This document shows positions 1 through 12,936 of a DNA stretch of 64,000 bases, one piece after another (position 1 is the stretch's first letter; every line of letters begins with the position of its first letter). The position numbers were made by a program, and so were the translations under genes. The notes beneath the pieces were generated by a model that saw nothing but the letters and a program-made list of their open reading frames with translations, was not told the DNA's origin and did not search any database. This DNA is from the human T2T-CHM13v2.0 reference genome, Homo sapiens: assembly GCF_009914755.1 (NCBI RefSeq), contig NC_060932.1; one strand, written 5' to 3'.

Positions 1-170
1 TAAGCTGTATGACCTTGGACAAGTCACTAAAACTCTCCAAGCATCAATTTCTTCATCTGTAAAATGGAAATACTAGTATCTAGCTCAAAGGACTAAGGGG
101 AGATTGAGACTTTATGCTTGTGAAGGATACTATACACGTAAGCACAAAATAAATACTTGTTCTGGTTTCT
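1..170. mobile_element. MIR SINE remnant
   Basis: gctgtatgaccttggacaagtcact...ttcttcatctgtaaaatgg is the typical MIR core; boundaries approximate. Confidence 0.7.
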
Positions 171-1044
171 AGGGATACATTAACATAATTTTAAAATAGG
201 ATTTCAGTCGTTGATGTTTTTAACATTCCCTGTGGATAGATCAAGGGCAAGTAGCCCACGGCTAGCCAGCATAGATGGGGAACCAGAAGAACGGGGGTGG
301 TGGAGTTGCTGAGTTCCTAGAGCAGGAGAAGGCCATGGGTGAGAGTGGGAGCTCAGTTCAGACACACAGCTTCATTCTGGAATTCCTCACGTGGCTCACA
401 GAAGAGTTTGCTTATGTGTGTGTCTAGATTTATGTTATTTGTGCTATGAAGTATATTTTGGGGTTCTGATTCATCAGTTTCCTAGGTCAGTGGCAATCTC
501 TTTAAAACTGATAACTATGACAAGTTAGTAGTTTCCACCTTTTTTCGTCAAGGACTGGAACCTTTGCAGATTTAAGAAAACTGACATTTTCTTAAAAGTC
601 AAGGAAATGTGCTAAACTGTAAATCATTGGGTGGATTACATAATTCTGAAGTTTATATCCTCTTGCTAGTTTTAAGTTAGTTGTAGGCACTTTGTAATAT
701 CGTTAATTTTAACTAACTTTTCTTGAATATGTTCTGTGTGCCAGACATATGTGCTAAGGATAGGAGATAACAGTTTTGTGAAGGACATAGACACAGAAAA
801 AGAAAATTTTTCGTATAAGCAGTAGGTGCAGTGTTCAGGGTACACATAGCCTGTTTTGGGAGGTGTAAGAAAGGATATCTGGTCTTTACTGGATTTTCAA
901 GAGTGCTCCATGCCTTGATGAAGACTCTTTTAGGCAGCACCTGTCCCAACTAAGAGTCCCTGCTAAGAAATGGAAAGTTCATTAGATCAGCTTCATTAAT
1001 TATCAAAGAAATCTACATTAAAATAATAGACTTTAATAACATTT

Positions 1045-1155
1045 CTTTAGATATAGGGTGTCACTATGTTTGCCTAGGCTGGCCTTGAACTCCTGGCTTC
1101 AGGTGATCCTCCCACCTCAGCCTCTGTAGTAGCTGGGATTACAAGCATGTGCCCT
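1045..1155 (-). mobile_element. Free left Alu monomer (FLAM-like)
   Basis: Single antisense Alu arm: ...ggctggccttgaactcctggcttcaggtgatcctcccacctcagcctc...gctgggattaca. Confidence 0.8.
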
Positions 1156-1300
1156 GTTCTGTTTTTAAGGATGATTCCCAGTGTTGTTACATTAAAATTT
1201 GGTACAAATGTTGCTACTTTGGGGATTATACATTCAAACAGCACAGTTAGGTGTACTGAGATCCTTAAAAATGTTCATTTCTGAAAGCTTGGCAAGGTTA

Positions 1301-1445
1301 TCTGGAAGGCTGAGGAGAGAGGATCACATGGGCTCAGGAGTTGAAGTTGTAGTGCACATTGATGATCACACCTGTGAACAGCTGCTGCACTCCAGCCTGG
1401 GCAACATAGTGAGACCTTGTCTCTAAAATAAATCAATAAATAATG
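1301..1445 (+). mobile_element. Fossil Alu monomer (FAM/FRAM-like, 7SL-derived)
   Basis: ggctgaggagagaggatcac...cacacctgtgaacagctgctgcactccagcctgggcaacatagtgagacc followed by an A-rich tail; the cctgtgaa..gc segment is 7SL/FAM-like. Confidence 0.7.
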
Positions 1446-1446
1446 A

Positions 1447-1891
<445 letters not shown>

Positions 1892-2971
1892 TAGAGATGT
1901 ACCCAAGCAGCAATTTCAATTTCATTGAAAAGACACCTCTGCCTCCCCTTGCTGTCATAACCATCCTTCTCCCTTGCTCCCTTTCCTCCCTCACCAAATA
2001 ACAGATGTATGCCAGAAGAGGTGTGTGAGTGACAAATGAAAGTTATACTAAAACACTGTTTTTGTTTGTTTATAAATTTTTTATTTTTAAAAAATTAATT
2101 TCCACCTGAATCATAGATTCAAGTTGCCCTGAAGATATACTTCCTGAAACACTTTTTTTATGTTAGAAGAAATTTATTTTCCTTCCTTTTCTACTCTTTC
2201 TCCTTTGTGGACCTCCTTTGTGGCGGGCACAGTAGTGAATCTAACAGAACAGTATGCTGCTCTCATGAAGCTTACCCAGGTCTCTAGCAGAGTGGGACTG
2301 AGCAGATTTTCTTATGTTGTTCATAGATGTAAAACCATTACGTTTTGAAAATACAGCTCCTGTTAAACATCCAGACTTGATTGCAGTTGTCAAAATCCAG
2401 GCTCGCAGAGAGGCTGGCAGACACTTGGAATATTCTGCTAATGCCAGGGAATAGACTTTCCTGGGGAAACTCTGGGTAACCCTCATCCCAGCAGCTGCAG
2501 GTCATAGGAAGGAGGAGGAATGAAAATGTCCCCATGTGATGAGTAAGAGTAGGTAATAGTAGTGGCTTAAGTTCCCAGAGGAACAGTTTTCTTCCCACTC
2601 ATGCTCAGGGTTCCCTTCAACTCTGATTAGAAAGCAGATCCTTTTAAAATCCTGGATTGCATCGCATGATTTCTTAGCCTCGAAGAAGTGGGCAGCAAAG
2701 GAAGAAGACAACCATCAAAGCAGTGACTGGTCAGAACAGCAGAAAATCATTAAATGGAAAAGTGACTCTGGGCCAGTTGAATCATGACCAGCTTGCTTTT
2801 GGAATTTCCTTGGCATATTTATTTTGGGGTCTGCTTGCTTTTTTGCAGAAAACTTGTTGCTTCTGCAGTTTGTATCAGAGAAATAGTGGAATGGGGAGAC
2901 GGTGGAAGTTAAAGTCAGTCTGGCTGAGAACCCGCATTTGGGTAATAGAAGTAGGGATGGGAATGAGAAAG

Positions 2972-3009
2972 ACATAGAGAATATGTCTTTACATAGAGAA
3001 TATGTCTTT
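2972..3009. repeat. 19-bp perfect tandem duplication (acatagagaatatgtcttt x2)
   Basis: Read directly: 2972-2990 and 2991-3009. Confidence 0.9.
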
Positions 3010-3656
3010 ATCATCAGTAGGTGGAGCTAATGAACATGGAGAGAGGCAGTGAAGTGCAGAAGTGAAGGGTCTGGACTCATGATCTTGATTGATTCACATC
3101 CTGGCTCTGTGAGAGTCGTTGGGCTGGATATTTAACCTCGCTGTGTCTCAGCTTTCTCATAAGGTAAAAGGGGCTCCTGCTAATGTCTCCCATGAGGATG
3201 ATTGGTGCACAGAATGTGGTCAGTAAACACGAGCTCCTACTGTTGTTACTACTGCTATCATCACTGTAGTTATCTTTGTCATCTTTATTGTTACTAGGAC
3301 TTAGCAATTGTTTGGACATGGGAAGTGATGGAGGCTTCTAGCCTGAGTAAAAGGGATAAAGGAAAGTATTGGAGGTAAGAAGAGGAATTGGTTTATGAGT
3401 GACAGTAAGTTCACTTCTCCATGAGTTGAGTTTGATGAGTTTAGGGTGTTTACATTGGAGTAGAAATCAATGCTATAGGTTTATGAGTCATCCTAAATAG
3501 AATTAGTAGTTGAAGCAATGGAAATGACCAAGGTCCATGATAGAGAGAAAATAGAAATAGTGGAGAGCCAAGCCGAGACTTGATTTCTCCTCATGACTGC
3601 AGCACGTAGTACAGTTGGTTCCCTGTACAGAACACAAAAACCGCCATGGTAATTAG

Positions 3657-4008
<352 letters not shown>

Positions 4009-4086
4009 TAGCTTCTTTCATAAACATCTTCATCTACATTTGTCTTCTTGGGAAGCCAGTGAATGGGTTTGACATTCTATGGGAAC

Positions 4087-4349
4087 TGTATTAGTTCCCT
4101 AGGGCTGCCACAACAGATTACCAGAAACTGAGTGGCTTCAATGGACAGAAATCTGAAATCACGGTGTCAGCAGTGTTGGATCCTCTGGAGGCTCTGAGGC
4201 ATTCCTCTGCTTGTAGAGATACCATTCCAGTCCCTGCCTTTGTCTCAAGATTCCTAAATCAATCTGCAAAGACCCTGTTTCCAAAAACAGTTATGTACTG
4301 GGGTTGCAGGTGGATTTTGATTTGGGGAAATGCCATTCATCCTATCACA
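4087..4349. mobile_element. MaLR (MLT1-type) LTR remnant
   Basis: Starts tgtattagttccctagggctgcc..aacagattaccagaaactgagtggctt and ends ...cctatcaca (TG...CA LTR termini). Confidence 0.65.
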
Positions 4350-5024
4350 GGAGCTAGTGTGCACTGCCCTGCACCACGGGAGCTGGCGTGGGCTACATTC
4401 TTAGTCCTGATGGCGGAAGAGCATGTCTGAATAGGCTAGTCCTTAAAAGAGTGGGCCTGTATGGCTGATTTTTGAAGGGCTTAACAGGCATGGATCAGCT
4501 ACTTGCTGAGGTATGTGAGTGGGAGTTGATTGCTAACAGAATCCTTGATTTATTTTTCTTGTTTCAAAATTTATATTATTCCTATTAAAAATGGAATTTT
4601 TCATCATGTTTGGATTTTCTGTGTCATGGCTGCTGTTTTTCCTGGCCAAATTCTTCATCTACGAGGCAAGCTCTCCTGGAAGACTCTGTCCCTGAGTTTC
4701 TTATAGCAAGTTGAGTATGCTAAAAGCCAGACATAAAGACCACCTGCTTTCCAGGGGACTTGTCATCACCAGCAGCAGTGGGGGCATCACCCACCCCAGG
4801 GAGGAAAGGATGGTGTATAGAAGGGACCCCAAACTATGAGACAAGAGGCATGAGTTCTGGTCTTAGTTCAGACATTATAAGTTATCTGTGAGACCTTAGA
4901 TAGATCTTGGTGCCTTTATGTGCTTATTTCTCTCCCACCCAGAATTAATCCTCAGTCTGGCTATTTCTTCACCTGAAGGCAGGATGGAAGTATATTTTTT
5001 CGTCATTCATTTTCTCAAGTATAA

Positions 5025-5382
<358 letters not shown>

Positions 5383-5499
5383 TGATATTGTCTTATAATA
5401 TGGTGGTAGACACTGGTGAGCAAGAATAAGAGTGAGCTTGCCGTCCAGGAGGTAACTGCTGTGACTGGGGAGGTGCAGGATGTGGTGGAGCACAGAGAA

Positions 5500-6500
5500 A
5501 GCAGTCTTCTAGACTAGCAGTGCGAGACCAGGCCCCTCCCTGCCCCCAGAAGAGGCATCTAAGCAGAGCACACTGAGGAGTTAAGCTGGGTGGAAGGAGT
5601 AAGTAACTGATGAGTAAGAGTTAAGCCAGGCAAGAGGAGGGGGAGAAGGGTGCCTCTGGCAGAGGGAGCAGTGTGTGGGCGAGAGGCAGGCATAGTCATG
5701 CAATGGAAGTGACTGATCCCAGACCATGAGGGAGAACCAGATGAGAATCAGGGCTGGAGAGGAGGATGAGGGCCAGATCATTTGGGGTCTTATAGGCCAT
5801 TACATGGAGTTTGGGCAGTATCCACAGAGCAAGAGGAAGTCATAGAAGCGTTTTAAGCGGGAGTGACATGACTGAATTAAGAGACAGGGTCTTACTCTGT
5901 TGCCCTGGCTAGAAGTGTAGTGGCACAGTCAGAGCGCACTGCAACCTCAAATAAGTCCTAGGTTCGAGTGAACCTCCCACCTTAGCCTCCCGAGTAGTTG
6001 GAACTAAAGGCATGCACCGCCAGGCCTGGCTAATATATATTTTTTTAAGATACGGGGTCTCGCTATGTTGCCCAAGCTTGTCTCAAATCCTGGGTCCAAG
6101 CGATCTTCTTCCTCCTGCTTCTGCCTCCCAGAGCACTGGGATCACAGGTGTGAGCCACTGCACGCAGCCAAACTGTGTATTTTTAAAGTTGTCTTGACTT
6201 GAGTGTGGAAGCCGGGAGGGCTTTTAGGAGGCCTTTTCAGTAATCCAGTAGTGTTGGTGAAGATCAAACTGGATCATGGGATAGATTCACCAGGACCTTG
6301 ATGAAAGAATGAATGAGAGGGAGGATGGGGTGACCACCAGGTCTGTGGCTTGGGCAGCTGAGTGGAAGGTAGCATCTTGCTGAAATCTGGAGCCAACGAG
6401 GACAGGTCATTGAGGGAGCATGTTTAGTTTTGAGTATGTCGAGCATGAAGTTGCTATGGAATATTTCCAAATAGATGTTTTCAGGAGGCAAAAAAGTTCT
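5500..6500. mobile_element. L2-like LINE remnant interrupted by an AluJ
   Basis: Purine-rich L2-type phrases (gggccagatcat...taggccatt..ggagtttg; tttagttttgagtatgtcgag). Confidence 0.5.
5880..6170 (-). mobile_element. AluJ (diverged)
   Basis: gagacagggtcttactctgttgccctggctag...cccagagcactgggatcacaggtgtgagccactg. Confidence 0.9.
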
Positions 6501-9500
6501 TAAACCTTGTGTTACCAACTAAACTCAGAGATACATGGCCATACTTAAGTCCATTAAAGATTCTCCTTGTTCTTCCATCTCTCAGTTGTTTCTAAGAGTC
6601 ATTCATGTTTATCTCTCTTTCAATGTGACCGTAGACTGTAAGCTTCACCTTTCTGCATCTGTTTCCTCATCTAAAACGAAAAGGCAGAAGATGATCTTCC
6701 CAAGCTCTGTAGGCTTAAACCTTCATCAGACGCTCTGCAGTTCTTTCGTTTCAAAGGGATTACAGGGTGGAGTTGGAAGTTTCCAGTCCTTGTTTTTCAG
6801 AATCCAATTTGAGCTCTTCTGGTTGCATATTCTCATGCTAAGAAAAAAAGCCTATTCAGATGTATATTGTGAGCCCTCAACAACATTATCCTCAGAAGGT
6901 GCAAAAAAGAAAAGATGTAGCCAGATTGGTGCAATGGGAAAGGATTTGCCCTGCCTCTCAGGAGGGATGGATTAGGCCCAGACAAAAAAGCCCTGGCCTC
7001 TTGATCTGCCCTCTTTCTGCTTACTGGGGCCTGGCTCACTCTGGGTGGTCAAGAGCCTCTTTTGTCAAGAGGAATCTCACCCCCTCCCTAAACTCCAATT
7101 CATCCCAGTGGGCCTTGGGCAGCAATCTTTGTCTTCTTTTTTCAGCCTTCCATCCTGTAAAGTTTGAGCAGGATGGGCAGTGACTCAGGAAGGTGAAACC
7201 CATCAGGGCCTTGCCTGCTCCTTCAGTGGGGAGTCCTTGTGAAGGGCTTGTGCTGTGGAAAACCAGTCTCTCTAGCTTTTGTAATTTTCTCAAGCAACGA
7301 AAAAGCAAACAAACGCAAAAAGCTTATTCTGCTTTAATACCCATTTCCGTCAAAGGAGTGTATGTGTGTGTTAGGAGAGTGCTCCGGCTCATACTGGAAA
7401 GTTAGGTGTTGGTGAGGACTGCTTCAGGTGCGATCCTGACCTGGTCAGACCACGTATCTTTTGATGTTTATGGTAATTCCACATTCCTTCATGATGGGAG
7501 AAGGGAGACGGAGATGATAAGATGTATCAAGGGATTTATCAAGTGTAAGTTCACCTTTATCTCTTTTAGGCTTCTGCCTCACTAATACGTTACTACTACT
7601 CAGCAATTTTGAGTTTAGGGGATTTCAGACCAAATCCTCTTTTCTGCTGGGCTGGGTTTTGTGCAAATATCAATGGTGAATTGTCTCTAAGCATCAGTAA
7701 AGAACTAATGGGAAGTAATGCTTCAGGATAAAAACAGAGAAAAGTCTGGGAAACATAAATTCCAGCAGTCAGGCTGACACTGAAATCTGATTCCAGCTTA
7801 TCTCTGTTGCTTATCTCTTTAGGATCAGATATCTTAAAGGACATACTCATTTCATTTTTAAAAGTTTCTAAAGGAAGGACCTACTGATCAGGTAACCACC
7901 TCTACCCACCCCACCCCAGTTAGCCAGGAAGATAAGGAAGGACCACTGACAGGCTGCAGGCCAAACACGTTCCCCCTGAGGGCTCTGCCATTTGGAATCA
8001 GTTGTATGTATCAGTTTTATGGTCTTCTGCTATCACAGTGGGAACAGACAAGCATGGGCCACAGTGTACTGAGGATTTAAAAGACTCAGAATGTCTTAAA
8101 ATAGCCTGGTCGCTAAACAACAATAATAGTTTGGCATTCCTGAGAATGGTTGTTTGTTTAAAATTCAAGGCATTGGTTCTGGTAGCAGTTAGTTTCCACT
8201 AGCTGGGCTCCCACGTGAGTTACTCTGGAAATCACATGGTCTCATCACAACAGGAAGCACAGGGATCTATTAAGCCCCTCCCAGCCCCTCTGAGGGTGGT
8301 CCCTAAGCCTTGGGCTACAGGCACCTACACACCCTAGAACACAGTAGATGCTGTGGACCTGATCATTTTAAGGACTCTGGTGTTGTTGCTTTCACCCTGA
8401 CTAATAATGATCAGTCCACTCTTAGGGGCTTATTTCTCCCACCTAGATGCACAGGCAGTCTGTCTTTCTATCACCAAGTCCTGAGGAGGTAGTTTTTACT
8501 GCCTTGTTGAGAGGAGAAGGGAGTCAGGAAGGCCAACCAGCAACAGTATGTTAAACCACATTGTTGGGGTCCCATCATATCTGAAAATGGGTACAAACTG
8601 CCCTCTGAACGTATCATCAGCAGTCAGCTCCTGACTCCCTACCATCCTGAGAGAAGCTCGTGCCATGCAAGCTGGCTGTGGGGAAGCCTCACACAGGTTC
8701 TGCTACTTTCTGGTTTCGCCATAGAGCAGTCCCACATCACACCGAGCAAAGCAGTTTTCTGTTGCTAGCCCCCTTTCTGTATTGAAGAGTTTCGGGGGAT
8801 GGGAAGGATGCAGAGACACTGGGCCTGGAATGGCTCCTTAGATGGTAGGAAGGAATAAAGTGACTCTGTTGACCTTGCACTGTAGACTCAGGGAAAGTAC
8901 TGAATGGCAGAGTTACTAATGACTTCTATCAAATCACCTTTTGCTGACTCCCGTGTTAGTCCTGGATAGCGTCCTTGGCACACTTGATTTCAGATTTTGA
9001 CAGGTGATAAAAGCACATATTGAGATTGCTGCTTCACAGGGCCCAGATTCCTTGCTATTGACTGATGTTATTTTTGCCTTTCCTGAGAAGCTCCCTCATG
9101 TGTTTGCTGTTACTTTTAATGGATTGCTTCCTGATACATGGGAGGCCCAGGCACTTGCCCTTCAATCTGGCCAACTGCAGCCTGACCTGGGTGGAATTGG
9201 AGCTGCCTGAGGAACACTTAGACCAGGCACTTGGCAATATGACTCACTTTTTTCCCCTAAAAGTTAGTCTGTAAAGAGCAACTGGAAATGCTCCTGTTTA
9301 CATCTTTGTGGAGTGTAATTTTAATCAGGATTCTCAAGGTTTTTCACTTCAATTCTCTGAATTTTTAAGATCTTAAATGCCCTGTGGTCACAGTATTTGG
9401 CCCTGTACTTCTGAGGGCTACGTGGAAAATGCTTGATGATCATTACTGACTTGTCAATAGTAATTATGCCAATAAACAGAAAAGTCTTCCAGTTCTGGTC

Positions 9501-9903
9501 TGTTGAGGCCCTGCCGTTAAGCCATGGTTTTCCCAAAGGCTCTGCAGTGGGTTCTCATGGGATGTCTTTCATTGGTTCTTTCTCTCCCTTTTCCTCAGAG
9601 GGTCGCATTTCCTGTTTTGTGCAGGAAATTCCCACTGTTTTGGGTTCCCCAGCTACAGTCGGAAAGACATCAGAGTGTTCAAGGCGGAGTCCAGGCCTGA
9701 GATCTCAGCAGGCCAGACAGGCAGCAGATGCTTGTTGCTTTTCTTGTGTTATATTTTTCGTTCCCTTACTTAGCATTTGTGGGACCAAAGCCAACAAACA
9801 ACAGGTTGTTAAAAGAATGAGAGTAATTTGACTTCCGACAGTGATTGGGGCTCGGGGTTGTTGGGTGTTTTGTTTTCTGATTTGAAACTAGCTGTATGGT
9901 AAC

Positions 9904-9934
9904 CACTAACTCTCGCCTTATTCTTTTCTTGCAG
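9904..9934 (+). promoter_or_regulatory. RBPMS: Branch point (CACTAAC, A at 9909), polypyrimidine tract and 3' splice site of the RBPMS constitutive exon
   Basis: cactaactctcgccttattcttttcttgcag. Confidence 0.85.
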
Positions 9935-10065
9935 ATGAGCTCACAGTGCCTGCACTTTACCCCAGTAGCCCTGAAGTGTGGGCCCCGTACCCTCTGTACC
10001 CAGCGGAGTTAGCGCCTGCTCTACCTCCTCCTGCTTTCACCTATCCCGCTTCACTGCATGCCCAG
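9935..10065 (+). CDS. RBPMS: RBPMS internal coding exon, 131 nt, phase 1 to 0; encodes (Y)[43 protein letters not shown]
   Basis: Translation recognised as the RBPMS proline-rich region after the RRM; flanked by ttgcag| and CAG|gtaatt. Confidence 0.97.
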
Positions 10066-10212
10066 GTAATTGATACCCATCGGCCAGGACTTCACTCACT
10101 TCACCACCAGTCCTTTCAAACTTGGTTCCCGAGAGCACACCATACAACTAACACCTATCCAGCTAACAGATCCACCCTCAAGAGATTAATGATCCCCTCT
10201 AAATCAAGCTGA
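10066..10212 (+). CDS. RBPMS: RBPMS read-through C-terminus (donor at 10066 unused): [10 protein letters not shown]...[10 protein letters not shown], 48 aa
   Basis: In frame with the upstream exon (ORF track 9946..10212); resembles a recalled database isoform C-terminus. Confidence 0.65.
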   Translation, partial: VIDTHRPGLHSLHHQSFQTWFPRAHHTTNTYPANRSTLKRLMIPSKSS

Positions 10213-12732
10213 CACTCCTTCAGGACTGACGAGGATCGTCTGACAGCAATGATATCACCCACTGCCTGATGTTTGCCCCAAATGACACCTCTCTCTTCCT
10301 TAATGATCTCACCTCATATCGCACATGAGAGACCGGGGCAGGTTTATCCACCTGGCTCCCAGCTAGCTAGAGGGCATCACCAGAGTGTATACGTGTGTGC
10401 CTTGTGTGGAAGGGCTGCAGAGGAAGGTGTGTGCTAGGAGAAGGGGATATGTGCGTCTGTGCGTGTTTCTGTGTGTTGAGAGTTTTCCACTCTCGTGTAC
10501 GGTGAGAAGAATCTCTGACCAAAGGGAAAGCTTCCAGGGGGGAAGGCTGTACTTTCTTAAATATGTTACAGGAAAGATTAAGGGTTCCTTCTCTCCATTT
10601 TCAGGAAACCCTGTAGAAAAGGAGATACAAGATAGTGTCTAAGATGGAATTACAGGTCAAGGTAGAGATCTCTATTCTGACCAGCTTTCTTTCTTAGTTA
10701 AAAATAGCCTGATTTTTATAAACAAACTTCCTGTTTCTCCACAAAGATTACTGTCTACATACTAACACTTCCTCTCCCCTTGGAGAAAATATTTCTCTTA
10801 GCTTCGCTTTTAGTGCAAGTGGTAGTAATCAGTGTAAAGATTCACCTCTGGAGATCACCACTCATTCTTTGGCCTGCAAAGATTGATGACCAGTAACAAA
10901 TAGAAAGTACGTACGTAGGTTTCATTTGTCTTTCTGCATGTGTAATTCAGCCTTTAAATTTTAAATTTTTAAAAATTATTAGGCTGGACAGGCAGAGTTT
11001 TCGTTTGCCTGTTTTGCTCAGTGTTTGTTTACAAGGCTGGGTGAAATAAACAGCTTCCCAGAAAACCTCCTTCTGACTTAAAACTCTTTTATGTTGTACA
11101 GAATTCCCTGTCTTGATAAAGACCACCTAGAAGCAGCCCCCAGCGAGGGTTCTTGAAAGTCATGGGGTCGAGATTGTTGTTGGCTGAACATCTTTTAATT
11201 CTGAGTTACCAACACGTTGTGCGTGCATTGATGACCCGGCTTCCTGGCCTGCCCTTGGTGCCTGAGCCCCAGTAATGATTGCCCTCTATGTTGGGAGAAG
11301 AAGGGAGAAAGTAGTACAAGTAGTGAAGAAAAAAATGTAGGTGGTGTTGGTGGTTGAGAGTACATGGCACAGAAAATAAAGGAGCCAGGATTACCTGTGC
11401 CTTTGGCTTCTCCTTCCCCTGCTGCTTTTTCTTCCTTTTTCCATGTCAGTGCTTGGGAACCCTCACAACTGGCAGGTAACGGGGTCGGGATAAAATGTAA
11501 ACCTGTGGGTGTCTTCTGCTGAGTCATTAGGATCTTTGTAGCAGGCTGCGGATAAATATGTGGATGACATGGGGCAACTAAGAGCCCCTTTTGCTTGCCA
11601 CCTCCCACCCCTGCTCTGGATGGTGTCTCCTCTTGCTAGACTGCCGGGTACAGATCACGTGGCAATTAAGGCAAATGTTAATAAATACCATGAAACAGTG
11701 GTTTGCATAGTCTTCTGAATAGCCATGGCTTTGGTTAGTCAGCAACAAAGCCTTTCACCCTTACCCTGGATAATCAAGAGTTGACAACAGCCAGAAAGTA
11801 CTGGGAATAGTGGCTTTTGGCCATGACATCTGCTCATTCTTCATTCATGTAATGGGTCAAATCAGAAGTAATTCTGGAGATACGGTATGGTAAGAGAAGG
11901 GCCTAAAGAGTCTCAAGAGATTAGAAAGCATATGCCATTGTAAGGAAGGATGGGGAGAGACAGTGCCAAGATTAAATGGACTCAGCCATTTGACTTAATG
12001 GGATGCACTGCCCATGGTGGCACCCTCCCCTGGGAGTTCTTCCTTGATCTTGAGACTTTCCCAAACTGGAATCCACTTAGCTCTGCCACATCGGTCCCAG
12101 ATTTGGTGGGACTCTCCTCTGGTATCAGTTTTCAACGCCACTTCTTGTTTGGAGTCATTCCCAGTGCAGTCATGGACTCTATGAACAAATACGGTTATTT
12201 AAATGTATTTGTCCAGTATGAGAATCAGAATGAACTAGTAGAGGCTTTACAGATCAGCTGGTCTGACCCATTTTACAGATGAGGAAACAGGCCTGAGAAG
12301 ATGGAGGGAGTTACCCACAATCTGAAGGGGCTCTACCATGACTAGACCCAGGTCACCTGCCTCCCAGGCCTGGCTCTTTCCACTCCGAGGTGCTGGCTCA
12401 CCACAGACTTATTCTTTAATGGAATTTTGGAAAGGCCTCACTCCAGTGACTCTTTGGATCTTTCTTCTCTAAGTAGATGGGAAGCCTGTAAGAAGAGACT
12501 TGGAGGCAAAGCAAAGGGAATCAGCACTTAACCCTCACCCAAAGGGCCCAAGAGAATCTTTAGTAACTGGAGGCAGAGCAGACTGGAGCCTCTATGGGGC
12601 ATCTCCCCATATTGGAGAATTCAGTCTTTGTTTTGGAAATCTTATAATGTCTTTGGAGAGGCTTTAAATAATTTTGTTTTTCTTAGCAATGTTATGCTCT
12701 ATTTTGAGACATGGATTTTTTTTTTCTTCTAG

Positions 12733-12864
12733 TGTTTCTCTCCTGAGGCAAAGCCCAACACACCTGTCTTTTGTCCACTTCTCCAGCAAATTAGATTTGT
12801 CTCTGGGAATGTGTTTGTAACATACCAACCTACTGCAGACCAGCAGAGGGAGCTCCCATGTTGA
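12733..12864 (+). CDS. RBPMS: RBPMS alternative terminal exon coding part: [43 protein letters not shown], 43 aa
   Basis: Strong T-tract acceptor (ttttttttttcttctag|), phase-0 open frame, AATAAA 67 nt after the stop; recognised as the long alternative RBPMS C-terminus. Confidence 0.9.
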   Translation, partial: CFSPEAKPNTPVFCPLLQQIRFVSGNVFVTYQPTADQQRELPC

Positions 12865-12930
12865 ATTTGTTTGTTAGCTATTTTCCCCCCTTTCACAAAA
12901 ACTATTTCTTGACGACCTTTGAGAGATTTC

Positions 12931-12936
12931 AATAAA
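12931..12936 (+). terminator. RBPMS: Poly(A) signal of the alternative terminal exon
   Basis: AATAAA followed by a GU/U-rich stretch (gtttttgttttc) at ~12978-12990. Confidence 0.8.

Noticed and set aside
6535-6975. 146-aa ATG-initiated ORF
   Set aside because: Overlaps a MIR-like remnant; no splice or poly(A) context and no recognisable homology
9433-9831. 132-aa ORF and AG sites (9598, 9624) upstream of the RBPMS exon
   Set aside because: No recognisable protein. In phase 1 either acceptor would give an immediate stop if the upstream exon ends in T as I recall, and I found no convincing matching donor.
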